DNA from: a bacterium
GTDB lineage: Bacteria > UBA8248
Direction: 5' to 3'
Assembly (NCBI GenBank): GCA_965213625.1
Contig: CBDBZU010000004.1
Span: 864,001-928,000 of the forward strand
Length of the DNA: 64,000 bases
Shown here: positions 29,722 to 39,893 of the stretch, piece by piece
How the letters are laid out: each line of letters opens with the position of its first letter
How positions within the stretch are numbered: position 1 is the stretch's first letter
Made by a program: the position numbers and the translations under genes
Notes under the pieces: generated by a model
The model's database searches: none
The model's input: only the letters and a program-made list of their open reading frames with translations
Told to the model about the DNA's origin: nothing

Positions 29722-30041
29722 CCTCCCTTCGGAAAGATAAGAGACTCAACCCCGAATCATACGATGGTTCCCTCATCTGGTGGTTGCATGTGCCAACGTC
29801 ACGGCAAAATTACTTGCAAGCGATATTGGAAGGTTATGACGATTTAGGCTACTACCAAACTTTTCATGCTTGCGCCGAGAAAAACGAACATGGTGAACCC
29901 ATGTCTCTCGCACGGCTGACTTCAACCATAGACGCGGAAGTCGAGACAAAGATGCTTCTCGGGGCACTCTCTCATGAAATCAATCTCAAAATCCTGGATT
30001 GTGCGCCTTCGTTCAAACCTTCAGAACAACCTAGAGTATAA
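29718..30041 (+). CDS. DUF4911-like protein
   Basis: YLQAILEGYDDLG..QT motif. Confidence 0.55.
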   Translation: MTSLRKDKRLNPESYDGSLIWWLHVPTSRQNYLQAILEGYDDLGYYQTFHACAEKNEHGEPMSLARLTSTIDAEVETKMLLGALSHEINLKILDCAPSFKPSEQPRV

Positions 30042-30051
30042 AGGCATCCCG

Positions 30052-30879
30052 ATGACGCGGTGTTTGCTCTCGCGGTTATTCCTGTTTGTGTTATTCGTTT
30101 TGGGATTTTGGACCCACTCTCCTGCTCTGGATCGCCTGAAACTTGCGACTACGACGAGTACAGAGAATTCTGGTTTACTCAAGCAATTACACCCGGTATT
30201 TGAACAAAGATATGGTGTTTCCGTACACACCATATCTGTAGGTACGGGGAAGGCGTTACGCTTGGGGCAAAATGGCGATGTGGACATTGTGCTCGTCCAT
30301 GCGAAAAAATCGGAAGATTTGTTCATGGCAAGGGGCTACGGTGCTCATAGAAGAGCCGTCATGTATAACGATTTTGTAATTGTAGGCCCGGCATCGGATC
30401 CAGCCGGGGTATTCATGACATTCAATGTGTCCACGGCATTGCTCCAGATAAAGAATTCGAAAAGCCTTTGGTTCAGTAGGGGAGATGATTCCGGAACACA
30501 CAAGAAGGAAATGGAACTCTGGAGAGGCGCCGGTGTCGGCGTGTTTGGTTCCTGGTATCGCGCTTTGGGCCAAGGGATGGGCAGAACGCTGATGGCTGCG
30601 GATGAGAAAAGCGGATACACGCTTACGGACAGAGGCACATATATCGCTCTCGTTGCGAACGGAAAGGTTTCTCTCAAGATTCAAGGGCCGAGAGGAGAAC
30701 GATTGCATAATCCTTATAGCGTGATTGCCGTGAACCCAAAACGTCATCCGCACGTGAAATTCGATTTGGCGGTGAAATATATCGATTATCTAACTTCCAG
30801 CGAAGGGCAAGGCATCATCCGTGATTTTCGGCTCTTGGGAAAGCAGCTCTTTTATCCAAACGCGAAAAATCCCCGTTGA
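30052..30879 (+). CDS. tupA: Tungstate ABC transporter substrate-binding protein
   Basis: Diagnostic ATTTS.ENSGL, GTGKAL, VHA, YNDFVIVGP, SRGDDSGTH.KE, DRGT, NPY. Confidence 0.93.
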   Translation: MTRCLLSRLFLFVLFVLGFWTHSPALDRLKLATTTSTENSGLLKQLHPVFEQRYGVSVHTISVGTGKALRLGQNGDVDIVLVHAKKSEDLFMARGYGAHRRAVMYNDFVIVGPASDPAGVFMTFNVSTALLQIKNSKSLWFSRGDDSGTHKKEMELWRGAGVGVFGSWYRALGQGMGRTLMAADEKSGYTLTDRGTYIALVANGKVSLKIQGPRGERLHNPYSVIAVNPKRHPHVKFDLAVKYIDYLTSSEGQGIIRDFRLLGKQLFYPNAKNPR

Positions 30880-30900
30880 TGGGTTTGGAGGACAAGCGTA

Positions 30901-31587
30901 TTGGAATATTTGCTAGATGGGTTTGCCGATGGACTGATGCGTATACTTCGGGCGGATCCCCAAGTCATGCTCGCCGCTTGGGTGACTATTAAGGTAGGTA
31001 TTTGGGCTACGATACTAGCGTCTCTCATTGGCTTGCCGGTTGGGTTTTTGCTGGCGATGGGCCGCTTTAGAGGACGCGGGTTCGCTATCACACTGCTCCA
31101 GACATCGCTGGGCTTGCCGACCGTCGTTATCGGGCTGCTCGCATATGGTTTTCTCTCCAGGCGAGGTCCTTTGGGATTCGCCGACTTGTTGTTTACCCCC
31201 TCGGCCATAGTTGTTGGATTGGTTGTCCTGGCGGTTCCACTCGTGGCGGTATTCTCTATGACGTCTGTCGCATCTGTGGATGAAAGGGTACGGGAAACAG
31301 CGCTTACATTGGGAGCGTCGAATGGGCTTGCGGCATGGACGGTGCTGCGTGAAGCCCGCTTCGGGATGATGGCGGCGGTGTTGGCGGCATTCGGCCGTGT
31401 ATCTTCGGAAGTGGGAATCGCTATGATGCTCGGAGGGAATATAGAAGGATATACACGAACCTTGACCACAGCCATTGCGCTTGAAAGCATGAAAGGAGAA
31501 TTTGGTTTCGGGATCGCATTGGGCGCTGTACTCTTGGCGATCATTTTCGTGACGAATTTACTTTCTCGCTACATTCAAAGGTCCTGA
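30901..31587 (+). CDS. tupB: Tungstate ABC transporter permease
   Basis: LP.VVIGL, SRRGPLG, TLGAS, EAR, FGR..SEVG, GGNI.G.TR.LTTAI.LE..KG.F. Confidence 0.93.
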   Translation: MEYLLDGFADGLMRILRADPQVMLAAWVTIKVGIWATILASLIGLPVGFLLAMGRFRGRGFAITLLQTSLGLPTVVIGLLAYGFLSRRGPLGFADLLFTPSAIVVGLVVLAVPLVAVFSMTSVASVDERVRETALTLGASNGLAAWTVLREARFGMMAAVLAAFGRVSSEVGIAMMLGGNIEGYTRTLTTAIALESMKGEFGFGIALGAVLLAIIFVTNLLSRYIQRS

Positions 31588-31588
31588 T

Positions 31589-32233
31589 ATGGAAGTTTTT
31601 TTTCTGGAAAATGTAAAATTTCGCTTTGAGACCGATTTGGTCCTGGACATCGAGAAGGTAACGGTCTCGTCCGGTGAAGTGGTGTTGCTTACCGGAGCGA
31701 ATGGTTCCGGGAAAACAACGCTTTTGCGCGTAATGGCGGGATTGCTTACTCCTGAGGATGGCATCATCCAATATAAAAGTGAACCCATTATTTTCGGCAA
31801 GGCAGGACTAGAGCACAGGAGAAGGGTCACACTTCTTGCACAGGAGCCATATCTTTTTCGTGGAAACGTGCTGTTGAACGTTTCTTATGGTCCCCGTGCG
31901 CGTGGGATGAGCACATCGCAAGCGAAGAAAAATGCTGAAGAAGCCATTCTCAAAACACGATGCAATGATTTAATTCATCGAGATGCTGCAAAACTCTCGG
32001 GTGGGGAGAAAAAGCGTGTGGCCCTTGCCCGGGCGTTAGCGGCGGGTGCGGAAACCCTTCTCTTGGATGAACCCATCTCTCATCTGGACGAGGAAAACAG
32101 CAAACTGATTGTCGAAATAATCAAAGAGTTAGCCGCCTCAGGAATTACTTTGGTTGTGAGCACTCATATACCGGAATGGGCCAGTTCTCTTTCCGTGAAG
32201 AATGTGCGGCTCTCGTATGGCAAAGTTGTGTAA
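31589..32233 (+). CDS. tupC: Tungstate ABC transporter ATPase
   Basis: GANGSGKT, LSGGE, LLLDEP, STH; follows tupAB. Confidence 0.9.
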   Translation: MEVFFLENVKFRFETDLVLDIEKVTVSSGEVVLLTGANGSGKTTLLRVMAGLLTPEDGIIQYKSEPIIFGKAGLEHRRRVTLLAQEPYLFRGNVLLNVSYGPRARGMSTSQAKKNAEEAILKTRCNDLIHRDAAKLSGGEKKRVALARALAAGAETLLLDEPISHLDEENSKLIVEIIKELAASGITLVVSTHIPEWASSLSVKNVRLSYGKVV

Positions 32234-32234
32234 T

Positions 32235-32987
32235 TCAGGGCAACTCGGCTTCATCGGTATGGTAGGAATCCCCGAATAAATCGGCCTCAAGCGGACCGCC
32301 GCGCCATACGGGGTACTTCCTGACATAATAATCCACCAACCCTGCCTCGAACACTCTTGGTTGTGTGTAATCCGTAGCTTGTTTTTGGGAGCGGTGGCAT
32401 GCGTGCGCTTTTAACCTCGCTTCCGGAAAATTTCTTCCATCGACAACAGTTGTGTAGTCGTCCCGATATATGAGGTCGGAGCGATTGTACAGGGTGCGTC
32501 TTTTCACTGGCGATATACGGTGGTACAGGCGTTTAGGCGCAGCATCGGGATTTTTCCTCGCAAGTCGATGGAAAGCCTTTGTGGCCCAGCCGCCTACGGC
32601 GATGTGGTCGGGATGTCCTGTAACGCCGTCTTCTCCATAGGTCACGACAACATCGGGTGAAAAGTTCCGGATGAATTCTTCAGTACGAGGAAGAATTTTC
32701 GAATCATCGATGGTATTCAATCCGCCATCCGGGTAGTTCCAAAGCGTCAGATCTTTCACGCCAAGCACACGGCAGGCGTCATTCAATTCTTTTCCCCGGA
32801 CATCACCTAACTCATCGGGCTCACACACACCGTTTGTAAGGCCTGCTTCTCCTCGCGTCAGGGTAAGGAGGCCCATACGCACGCCCTGATTTGCGTAGAG
32901 CGTGAATGTAGCAGGGTTTCCGAAGGATTCATCGTCTGGATGTGCGTAAATATGCAATATTGAGCGCTGAGAGGTTGAATTGTTCAT
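32235..32987 (-). CDS. PIG-L family deacetylase (BshB/MshB-like)
   Basis: AHPDDES, TRGEAG, R.KEL, PDG.L, GHPDH, HRSQ; start reset to MNNST. Confidence 0.9.
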   Translation of the reverse strand: MNNSTSQRSILHIYAHPDDESFGNPATFTLYANQGVRMGLLTLTRGEAGLTNGVCEPDELGDVRGKELNDACRVLGVKDLTLWNYPDGGLNTIDDSKILPRTEEFIRNFSPDVVVTYGEDGVTGHPDHIAVGGWATKAFHRLARKNPDAAPKRLYHRISPVKRRTLYNRSDLIYRDDYTTVVDGRNFPEARLKAHACHRSQKQATDYTQPRVFEAGLVDYYVRKYPVWRGGPLEADLFGDSYHTDEAELP

Positions 32988-33351
32988 AACGGAGAGATGT
33001 GTTGAGGAGCCTCCATTCAAACAAAGCTTATATATTACCATTTCAAATGAATGATTCAAGAATTGTGTCCATCGTTTAGTGCATAACTTGACCTGAAGTG
33101 TTTCCGGTCGCGGCATTTCTTCTCGCGCTGGGTTTCATGCGAAACGACGGCTTGTTCCCATGTTTCATGGAATCATATTTCACGAGGCCGCAAAAGGGTT
33201 TTCCAAAATCTGTCCTCTTGCCCTGTATCTCTCTTTGGTTTATATGAAACTTACGCCCACGAGACCCTGATATTTGTTATTATCAACTAATATCGAATTG
33301 TTGTTGGTCAATGATTCATAATACCCCGTTCCACTACAAGGAGTCTGCACT

Positions 33352-34509
33352 GTGGAGTTAGCCATCTCAAGGGATACGTTGCTCAGAGCCCTGCAGACGA
33401 TACAAGGTGTCGTCGAAAACAGAAGCAGCGCAATGCCAATTTTGCAAAATGTGCTTGTCGAGACCGAAGGCGATAAAAGTATCCGCATTTTGGGTACAAA
33501 TCTTGATATCAGCATGCGGGGAATGTTTGAGGCTGAAGTAGAGAAAGCAGGCAAAGTTACACTGAATGCCAGGAAATTGTTCGACATTGTGCGAGAACTA
33601 CCTGAGGCGGAAGTTCGCTTCACGGAAGAAGATGGGCAATGGATTGAAATGCGCTGTGAGCGATCGAAATTTCGTTTTCCGGGATTACCGCCTGCAGAAT
33701 TTCCCGCGCTTCCTGAATCTAAAGAATCAGACACGCATACAATTTCTGCTTCGGTTTTGTCGGAAATGATTCGAAAGACGATGTTTGCAATATCGCAGGA
33801 TGAGACGCGCTATACATATAATGGCGTTTTTATGGAAACCGAAGGCGATATCCTGCGTCTCGTCGCTACGGATGGCCATAGGTTGGCGATGATTGAGCGG
33901 CCGAGCGAAGGGTTGGTGCTTAATGAGGGAGTGATTGTCCATAAAAAAGCTTTGGGAGAATTGGTCAAGCTTTTGCAGGGCGTCGAGGGTGACGTATCCG
34001 TTTCTCTCACACACGTCTCGAGCGGTCAGGGTTTGTCTCTTTCTGGAAATGAAGCGTCTGCCTCCCTCACTCCAAACCACATCATTTTTCTAATGGAAAA
34101 TATTGCGTTGTCGGCTCGGCTGATAGACGGTGAATTTCCGAAATACAGGCAAGTAATTCCGGATAACAATGAGCATTCCATTTTGATGAACCGGGATAGT
34201 TTAACGCAAGCGCTCAGGCGAGTTGCGCTTTTCACGAACGAAACACGCATGGTGAAGTTCGCGTTTTCCCCGGGCCTACTCAAGTTAACAACGAACGGTT
34301 CAGAAGCGGGGGAGGCCGAGGAAATCATAGAATCAAACGCGCAGACCGACATTACGATTGGATTCAATTCGAGATATTGTCTGGATGCGCTCTCCATATT
34401 GGATGAAGAGCAAGTCAGTATAGAGTTAAAGGATTCGCTGAGTCCCGGGGTGCTCTCTCCCAAAGACTCGGATGGTTATACATATGTTGTAATGCCGATG
34501 CGTGTATAA
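33352..34509 (+). CDS. dnaN: DNA polymerase III beta sliding clamp
   Basis: PILQNVL, TNLD, EFP, FAIS.DETRY..NGV, VATDGHRLA, RLIDGEFP.Y, IGFN..Y, VVMPMR. Confidence 0.97.
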   Translation: MELAISRDTLLRALQTIQGVVENRSSAMPILQNVLVETEGDKSIRILGTNLDISMRGMFEAEVEKAGKVTLNARKLFDIVRELPEAEVRFTEEDGQWIEMRCERSKFRFPGLPPAEFPALPESKESDTHTISASVLSEMIRKTMFAISQDETRYTYNGVFMETEGDILRLVATDGHRLAMIERPSEGLVLNEGVIVHKKALGELVKLLQGVEGDVSVSLTHVSSGQGLSLSGNEASASLTPNHIIFLMENIALSARLIDGEFPKYRQVIPDNNEHSILMNRDSLTQALRRVALFTNETRMVKFAFSPGLLKLTTNGSEAGEAEEIIESNAQTDITIGFNSRYCLDALSILDEEQVSIELKDSLSPGVLSPKDSDGYTYVVMPMRV

Positions 34510-34584
34510 CTGTTCAGTTGCCCAGGGATTAAATTATATGTAGCAAATTTACTCGAAATGAAATTTCTGGGAATCATCCTTTCT

Positions 34585-34620
34585 GAGGCGCCTCTTTGGT
34601 GGGGCGCCTGAATTTTTTCT
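34585..34620 (+). terminator. Intrinsic terminator after dnaN
   Basis: aggcgcctc-tttggt-ggggcgcct, then a T run. Confidence 0.55.
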
Positions 34621-34637
34621 GTCGCGGATTCGGTAAA

Positions 34638-35873
34638 ATGAACTTCCAATTTTCAGAGAAGGCGAGTGAGAATTCAAGCCGCTATTATGGCTGGGTGATT
34701 GTTGGCCTCACTTTTTCCACCATGGCTGTCGGTGGTTCGATTGTCGGAACTTTTCCTGTCTTTTATGTGGCATTTCTCAATGAATTCGGGTGGTCCCGGG
34801 CAGACACCGCCCTGGCTTTTTCTTTTTCAATGGTTACGTTTGCGATTTCAGCCGGCTTTATTGGGGCGATGGTGGACCGCTGGGGTCCGAGAGTGATCAT
34901 ACCCATGGGCATCGCGATTCTGGGTGTCGGTCTTGCATTGATGTCACAGGTTTCCAGTTTACCCACCCTGTATTTTTTCTATGGAGGCGTCGTAGCACTA
35001 GGCGTTACCATGTTTGGATTTATTCCTACGAGCACTGTTGTTAGTCAATGGTTTACACAACGCCGCTCCATGGCTATGGGAATATCGCTATCGGGAAGAA
35101 GTTGTGGCGGTATCCTCATGGTTCCTTTTTCCGCCTACCTGATCGCGACTTTCGGATGGCGCGCGGCGTATGTTTTGCTGGCGATTGGCATCATCGTTTT
35201 GTTGATTCCCTTGAATGTGCTTTTACACCGCAGCCGCGCTGACTTAACGGAAAGAAAAACAGGGGGTGACACCGATTCGAGTTGGACCTTGAAGGAAGCC
35301 CTGTCAGATTCTGTTTTTTGGTTGTTGTTTCTGGTGGGGATGTTTAATGGCGTTGGCTTCAGCGTCGTCGGCGTGCACCAGGCCGCTCACATGGTTGATG
35401 TGGGAATGAGCACCATAAAAGCCGCCTCTCTGATAGGAGGCCTGGCTGTTGTCAGAGCCTTGGGAGGTATTTTGGGAGGATGGGTAGGAGACAAGATTGG
35501 GCGGACCCGAACTTTTTATCTACTTAGCTTGGTCGCCATGTCGGGCGTAATTCTGTTGATGAATTTATCAGAACGTCTTGTTTGGCTGGGATATGCATAT
35601 GTTCTGGTGTATGGCATTGGCGCCGGTGCTCGTGGTGCGATTTTCGTATCGCTCAAGGCGGATATTTTTGGCGGCAAGAATTTTGGTCGAATCCTGGGAT
35701 TCAGCCAAACGGGAGGGGGATTGGCCTCTGCCGTTGGGCCTTGGGCCGCGGGATATATTTTTGACTTGTGGGATAGTTATTACTGGGCTTTCATTCTCGT
35801 GCTGGTTGTTCAAGTCTTGTCGCTTATCGCAGTAGCGGCGGCGTCATCACAAGCAAAGAGAAGAAATGGATGA
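34638..35873 (+). CDS. MFS transporter (OFA-like)
   Basis: YYGWVIV, EFGWSR, G..VDRWGPR, WF..RR..A.G, GWVGDKIGR, FG..NFG.I.G. Confidence 0.92.
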   Translation: MNFQFSEKASENSSRYYGWVIVGLTFSTMAVGGSIVGTFPVFYVAFLNEFGWSRADTALAFSFSMVTFAISAGFIGAMVDRWGPRVIIPMGIAILGVGLALMSQVSSLPTLYFFYGGVVALGVTMFGFIPTSTVVSQWFTQRRSMAMGISLSGRSCGGILMVPFSAYLIATFGWRAAYVLLAIGIIVLLIPLNVLLHRSRADLTERKTGGDTDSSWTLKEALSDSVFWLLFLVGMFNGVGFSVVGVHQAAHMVDVGMSTIKAASLIGGLAVVRALGGILGGWVGDKIGRTRTFYLLSLVAMSGVILLMNLSERLVWLGYAYVLVYGIGAGARGAIFVSLKADIFGGKNFGRILGFSQTGGGLASAVGPWAAGYIFDLWDSYYWAFILVLVVQVLSLIAVAAASSQAKRRNG

Positions 35874-35888
35874 ATATCGAGACAGTAT

Positions 35889-36461
35889 TCAGGAAGCCGC
35901 TTTTTCTTTTTCTTCAATCATCGATTCGATGAAGGAAATCATGCTTTCGGGTGCTGTTTGTTCAATGTTCAATGTGCCGTGATAAAGAGTTGAATCGGCG
36001 AAATCGACATTGAAGAAATATTGGGAGAACAAACCCTGATCCCGGTCTGATCTCTTGATGGTTTCTTCCGCCGCAGTTCTCGTTACGCCTGATGATTCCA
36101 TGAAGTGGCGGATACGGGCTTCCAGGCTGCCGACGATTCGAAGATGCAGGGCGTCGGTTCGATCCTTCAAGAGTACTTGACCACCCCACCCGCCGATAAC
36201 CACATTCCCTTTGTCCGCCGCTTCATTCATGCAATCAGACAAAACGTCACGCAAGCTGTCTCTTCCGACGCCAAAGGTGCGTTCCAAAATTGTTGGAGCG
36301 CGGCCTTCTATTTTCTCCAAATCCAGGGTCAAACCTCTTTGCTCGCAAATTTCAACGAGCTCGTCACGCCCGAGAAACGCATAGCCCAGTTTGTCCGCGA
36401 GCTGGTGCGCAATGAAAATTCCACCGGTACCGTATTGACGTGAAATGGTGATGACGGCCAT
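35889..36461 (-). CDS. Cytidylate kinase-like family protein
   Basis: VITISRQYGTGG, VVI.G.GG, SDRD. Confidence 0.88.
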   Translation of the reverse strand: MAVITISRQYGTGGIFIAHQLADKLGYAFLGRDELVEICEQRGLTLDLEKIEGRAPTILERTFGVGRDSLRDVLSDCMNEAADKGNVVIGGWGGQVLLKDRTDALHLRIVGSLEARIRHFMESSGVTRTAAEETIKRSDRDQGLFSQYFFNVDFADSTLYHGTLNIEQTAPESMISFIESMIEEKEKAAS

Positions 36462-36674
36462 GTGAAATCTCCTTTTTAGCAATCTCCGATATGATGAATA
36501 CTTGTTCGAATAATCTTATCAAAAATTATCATGACGCACGAGCTTGATGAAAAGCGCGTTGTTCCATCTCGCTTGGCAAGGTAGAAAAGAATCGTGTTTT
36601 CTGCATGGGGAATTCTATGACTGAATGTTATTGTTCAACCTGTACTCAAGTTCACCGATGGAGAGGTAGATTTC

Positions 36675-37241
36675 GTGACGATTCCACCCGAAGAACTTCT
36701 TGAACGTCTTGGTGTGCATACTTCGTTGTATGCAGTAGATGAAAAAGGAATTTTCGCCGTTTTGAATGATCAGGAAAAGGGCCATTTTTTTGCAGTGGAT
36801 CGTGAAAGCGGCAATTTCCGCTGGCGTGTGGAGAACTCGGCGGGGTGGGTGATAGCGCCTCCTCTTATCTGGGGGGATATATATATCGTGGGTACGAGCA
36901 GCGCGGAAATGAGAAGGGAAGAAAAAGGAGGACCGTTTGCGAATGTGGACTGGAAGCGAGGAGGTTCCGTTTATGCATTCGGAGTAAGTGATGGCGCCGT
37001 GCGGTTTTGGGATGAAAAAACAGGTGTGGTTAGAAATACCCCTAAGGTGGAAGATGGTGCTTTGATTGTAGAAGGAGAAATTCGGGTGGGCGGGTTTCAG
37101 GATGAAGAACCGTGGTCTTCATCCTGCGAGGTGGAAAGCCGGTTCTCTTTAAAAACAAATCGCCTGATCGCCCGCCGTGTGCGAGGGGATGTGCCTTCCG
37201 GGTATTTCGAGGGAGAGGCGCCGCCGACAGAGTGGGCGTGA
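36675..37241 (+). CDS. PQQ-like beta-propeller repeat protein
   Basis: FAVDRESG..RW and VYAF....G..RFW blade motifs. Confidence 0.65.
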   Translation: MTIPPEELLERLGVHTSLYAVDEKGIFAVLNDQEKGHFFAVDRESGNFRWRVENSAGWVIAPPLIWGDIYIVGTSSAEMRREEKGGPFANVDWKRGGSVYAFGVSDGAVRFWDEKTGVVRNTPKVEDGALIVEGEIRVGGFQDEEPWSSSCEVESRFSLKTNRLIARRVRGDVPSGYFEGEAPPTEWA

Positions 37242-37246
37242 TTTTC

Positions 37247-38125
37247 TCACCTTCTTTTTCTTAATTCCTTTGCCATTAACGTCGCGTTTTGGGGAACCAG
37301 ATTTGGGCGAAACCAATTCCGGTATTCATCCATGTGAACGCTCGGAACCGCTTTTGCGAGCGTCCGGTGTTTTTTTAGGGCTGAGGCGGTGCGTGAACGC
37401 AATTTCGTCATATAGCCTCTGAATTCATCCCATACCTTTGAGGCAGTCTGCGTGGGAACGGGTCCATGGCCGGGGATGAGGAACTTGGCGGGAAATTTCT
37501 TTAGTTTTGGAATCGCATCTATCCAGTTGCCGAAATTCCCCAGCCTTGCTACAGGGTGGGTTCGATAATCGAGCAGATCTCCCGTGAAGAGAATTCTCTC
37601 CTCTGGCATCCACACAACGGTGTCTCCTTTTGTGTGGCAATGTCCAATGTGGACCATCTCAAATAAACGCCCGCCGTAGCGGACGGAAATTTCACCTTCG
37701 AACGTCACCATGGGTGGTGCGATGTGAAGTTTGCCGATCAGGTGCTCCACCTTTTGCGGCCTTCCCGCCATTTGCTTTACCCAGATGCCCTCATTTTCCT
37801 CTCGTTCCATCTCCAGGCGCACGTTTTCCTGACCGACGGAAACTGCTCCTCGTTTGTGGTAGTAGCCATTGTCGGAGGTGTGGTCGAAATTGTGGTGGGT
37901 ATTAAGCACAAGCCCGGGCGATTTTCGGGTGACTTCTTTCATTCCGGACACAAAGGCTTTTCGTATCCGGATATCGTTATCAACGATGACGGGTTTTTCG
38001 TCCGTAAGAACAAGGCCGAAGTTCGTGCCGCCATCTCCTCCAATAAATATATGCACACCATCTGCAATTTCGACGAATCCCTGAGTTTTTGCCGGGCCTG
38101 GCAATGCTTTTACACTGCGTGCCAT
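37247..38125 (-). CDS. MBL-fold metallo-hydrolase
   Basis: NTHHNFDH, CHTKGD, LFTGD, IPGHG. Confidence 0.92.
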   Translation of the reverse strand: MARSVKALPGPAKTQGFVEIADGVHIFIGGDGGTNFGLVLTDEKPVIVDNDIRIRKAFVSGMKEVTRKSPGLVLNTHHNFDHTSDNGYYHKRGAVSVGQENVRLEMEREENEGIWVKQMAGRPQKVEHLIGKLHIAPPMVTFEGEISVRYGGRLFEMVHIGHCHTKGDTVVWMPEERILFTGDLLDYRTHPVARLGNFGNWIDAIPKLKKFPAKFLIPGHGPVPTQTASKVWDEFRGYMTKLRSRTASALKKHRTLAKAVPSVHMDEYRNWFRPNLVPQNATLMAKELRKRR

Positions 38126-38246
38126 TGGTTTCTCCTTGCGGGGACAATGATGATGACGATATCGTTATAGAAATCTAATCAAAGGTACCAAAGTGCTTTT
38201 GAAGCAACAATATCGAAAATGAAAAATTCATAAGTGGGACTCCAAG

Positions 38247-39452
38247 ATGAATTCCTATTCTGCATTTATTGGACTTGAGTGTTCAAAAACCGGGGAACAA
38301 TTTGCACCTGGCGGCTTGATGAATCTAAGCCCCTGTGGTGCTCCGTTGCTGGCGCAGTATGACACCGAAGCCGCCGCGCGGACTTTGGACATCAAGAATA
38401 TGGCGGGCCGCGCTCATTCCATGTGGCGCTACCATGAAATGCTCCCGGCTCCCGATGAGAGCGTCATCGTTACGCTCGGTGAAGGTATGACTCCTTTGCT
38501 AAGGGCGTCTCGTCTTGAGAAGGTTTTGGGGCTATCCCGTCTATACGTGAAAGATGAGGGCTTGAATCCGACGGGAAGTTTTAAGTCCAGGGGATTGTCT
38601 GTCGCCATCACGATGGCGCGTCATCTGGGAGCAGATAAAATCGCCATTCCCACGGCCGGAAACGCAGGTGGCGCGGCGGCGGCTTACGCTTCACGAGCAG
38701 GCATCGATGCGTCTGTGTTTGTCCCGGAAAAAGCACCGAGTGTACATAAAGTGGAATGTGTGCTTTCAGGGGCCAATGTGACCGTTGTACGTGGCTATAT
38801 ACATCATTGCGCGGAAATTGTGGCGCAAAGGACTCCGGAGGAAGGTTGGTTCGAATTGTCCACGTTCAAGGAGCCTTATCGAGCCGAAGGCAAGAAAACG
38901 ATGGCTTATGAACTCGTCGAGCAATTCGGTGGTGATGTTCCAGACGTGATTCTCTATCCCACGGGTGGCGGGACGGGTTTGGTGGCGATGTGGCGCGCCT
39001 TTGAAGAGCTAGAAGCTTTGGGATGGATAGGCGAAAAAAGACCGCGCATGATTTGCGTTCAGGCCGAAGGCTGCGCCCCACTCTTGCGGGCGTATGAGAA
39101 CGACGATGAAGTATCGTCCCTCTGGGACAACCCGACGACGATGGTATCCGGCCTGCGCGCGCCGAAGGTTCTGGCGGATTTTTTATGCCTTCGGGCCATA
39201 CGGGAAAGCGGGGGTACGGCGATCGCTGTTTCGGATGAGATGATGTTCGAAGCCCAAAGAAAAGTGGGAGCTTCCGAGGGGATTCTCATTTGCCCGGAAG
39301 GCGGGGCGTGTATTGCAGCCCTGGATGTTTTGCTTGAGAGGGGTGACATCAGTCGCGATGAACGCATTGTGACGTTTAATACGGCTACAGGCTTAAAATA
39401 TGCGGATATGATAGAAACGGAGGTCTCTGTTATAGACCCGCTTTCTACGTAG
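38247..39452 (+). CDS. thrC: Threonine synthase (PLP, fold type II)
   Basis: MWRY, LGEG.TPL, KDEG.NPTGSFKSR, TAGNAG, EPYR.EGKKT, PTGGGTG. Confidence 0.9.
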   Translation: MNSYSAFIGLECSKTGEQFAPGGLMNLSPCGAPLLAQYDTEAAARTLDIKNMAGRAHSMWRYHEMLPAPDESVIVTLGEGMTPLLRASRLEKVLGLSRLYVKDEGLNPTGSFKSRGLSVAITMARHLGADKIAIPTAGNAGGAAAAYASRAGIDASVFVPEKAPSVHKVECVLSGANVTVVRGYIHHCAEIVAQRTPEEGWFELSTFKEPYRAEGKKTMAYELVEQFGGDVPDVILYPTGGGTGLVAMWRAFEELEALGWIGEKRPRMICVQAEGCAPLLRAYENDDEVSSLWDNPTTMVSGLRAPKVLADFLCLRAIRESGGTAIAVSDEMMFEAQRKVGASEGILICPEGGACIAALDVLLERGDISRDERIVTFNTATGLKYADMIETEVSVIDPLST

Positions 39453-39464
39453 GATGAATGGCGA

Positions 39465-39893
39465 ATGATTGAGATAACAAGGCGAGAGGAATTCTCCGCG
39501 GCCCACCGGTTGTTTCGACCCGACTGGAGTGATGAGCAAAATGAGGCCATGTTCGGGAAATGCGCCAATCCGCACTATCATGGGCACAATTATGTTTTTG
39601 AAGTAACCCTGCGAAATCCCGTAAATCCAGAGACGGGTATGTCTTATAATCTGGCTGACCTGAAAAAGCTGATGAGGCGGGAAGTCGTAGAAGCGCTGGA
39701 TCACAAGAATTTGAACGAAGATGCTGCGGGTTTCATGAAAAACAGAATTCCCACGGCGGAGAACATAGCGATTTCGATTTGGGAATGCTTGGCGGAATAT
39801 ATAGACACAGAAATTCTTTTTCGCATCCGCTTGTATGAAAACGAGCGAAATTTCGTGGATTATTTTGGAGAAAGTCCTGATGGCGTTCGGTGA
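39465..39893 (+). CDS. 6-pyruvoyl-tetrahydropterin synthase family (PTPS-II-type CX5HGH)
   Basis: FSAAHRL, FGKCANPHYHGHNY, LDHKNLN, PTAEN, LYE. Confidence 0.92.
   Translation: MIEITRREEFSAAHRLFRPDWSDEQNEAMFGKCANPHYHGHNYVFEVTLRNPVNPETGMSYNLADLKKLMRREVVEALDHKNLNEDAAGFMKNRIPTAENIAISIWECLAEYIDTEILFRIRLYENERNFVDYFGESPDGVR

Noticed and set aside
32990-33351. oriC upstream of dnaN
   Set aside because: AT-rich, but I saw no consensus DnaA boxes and there is no dnaA.
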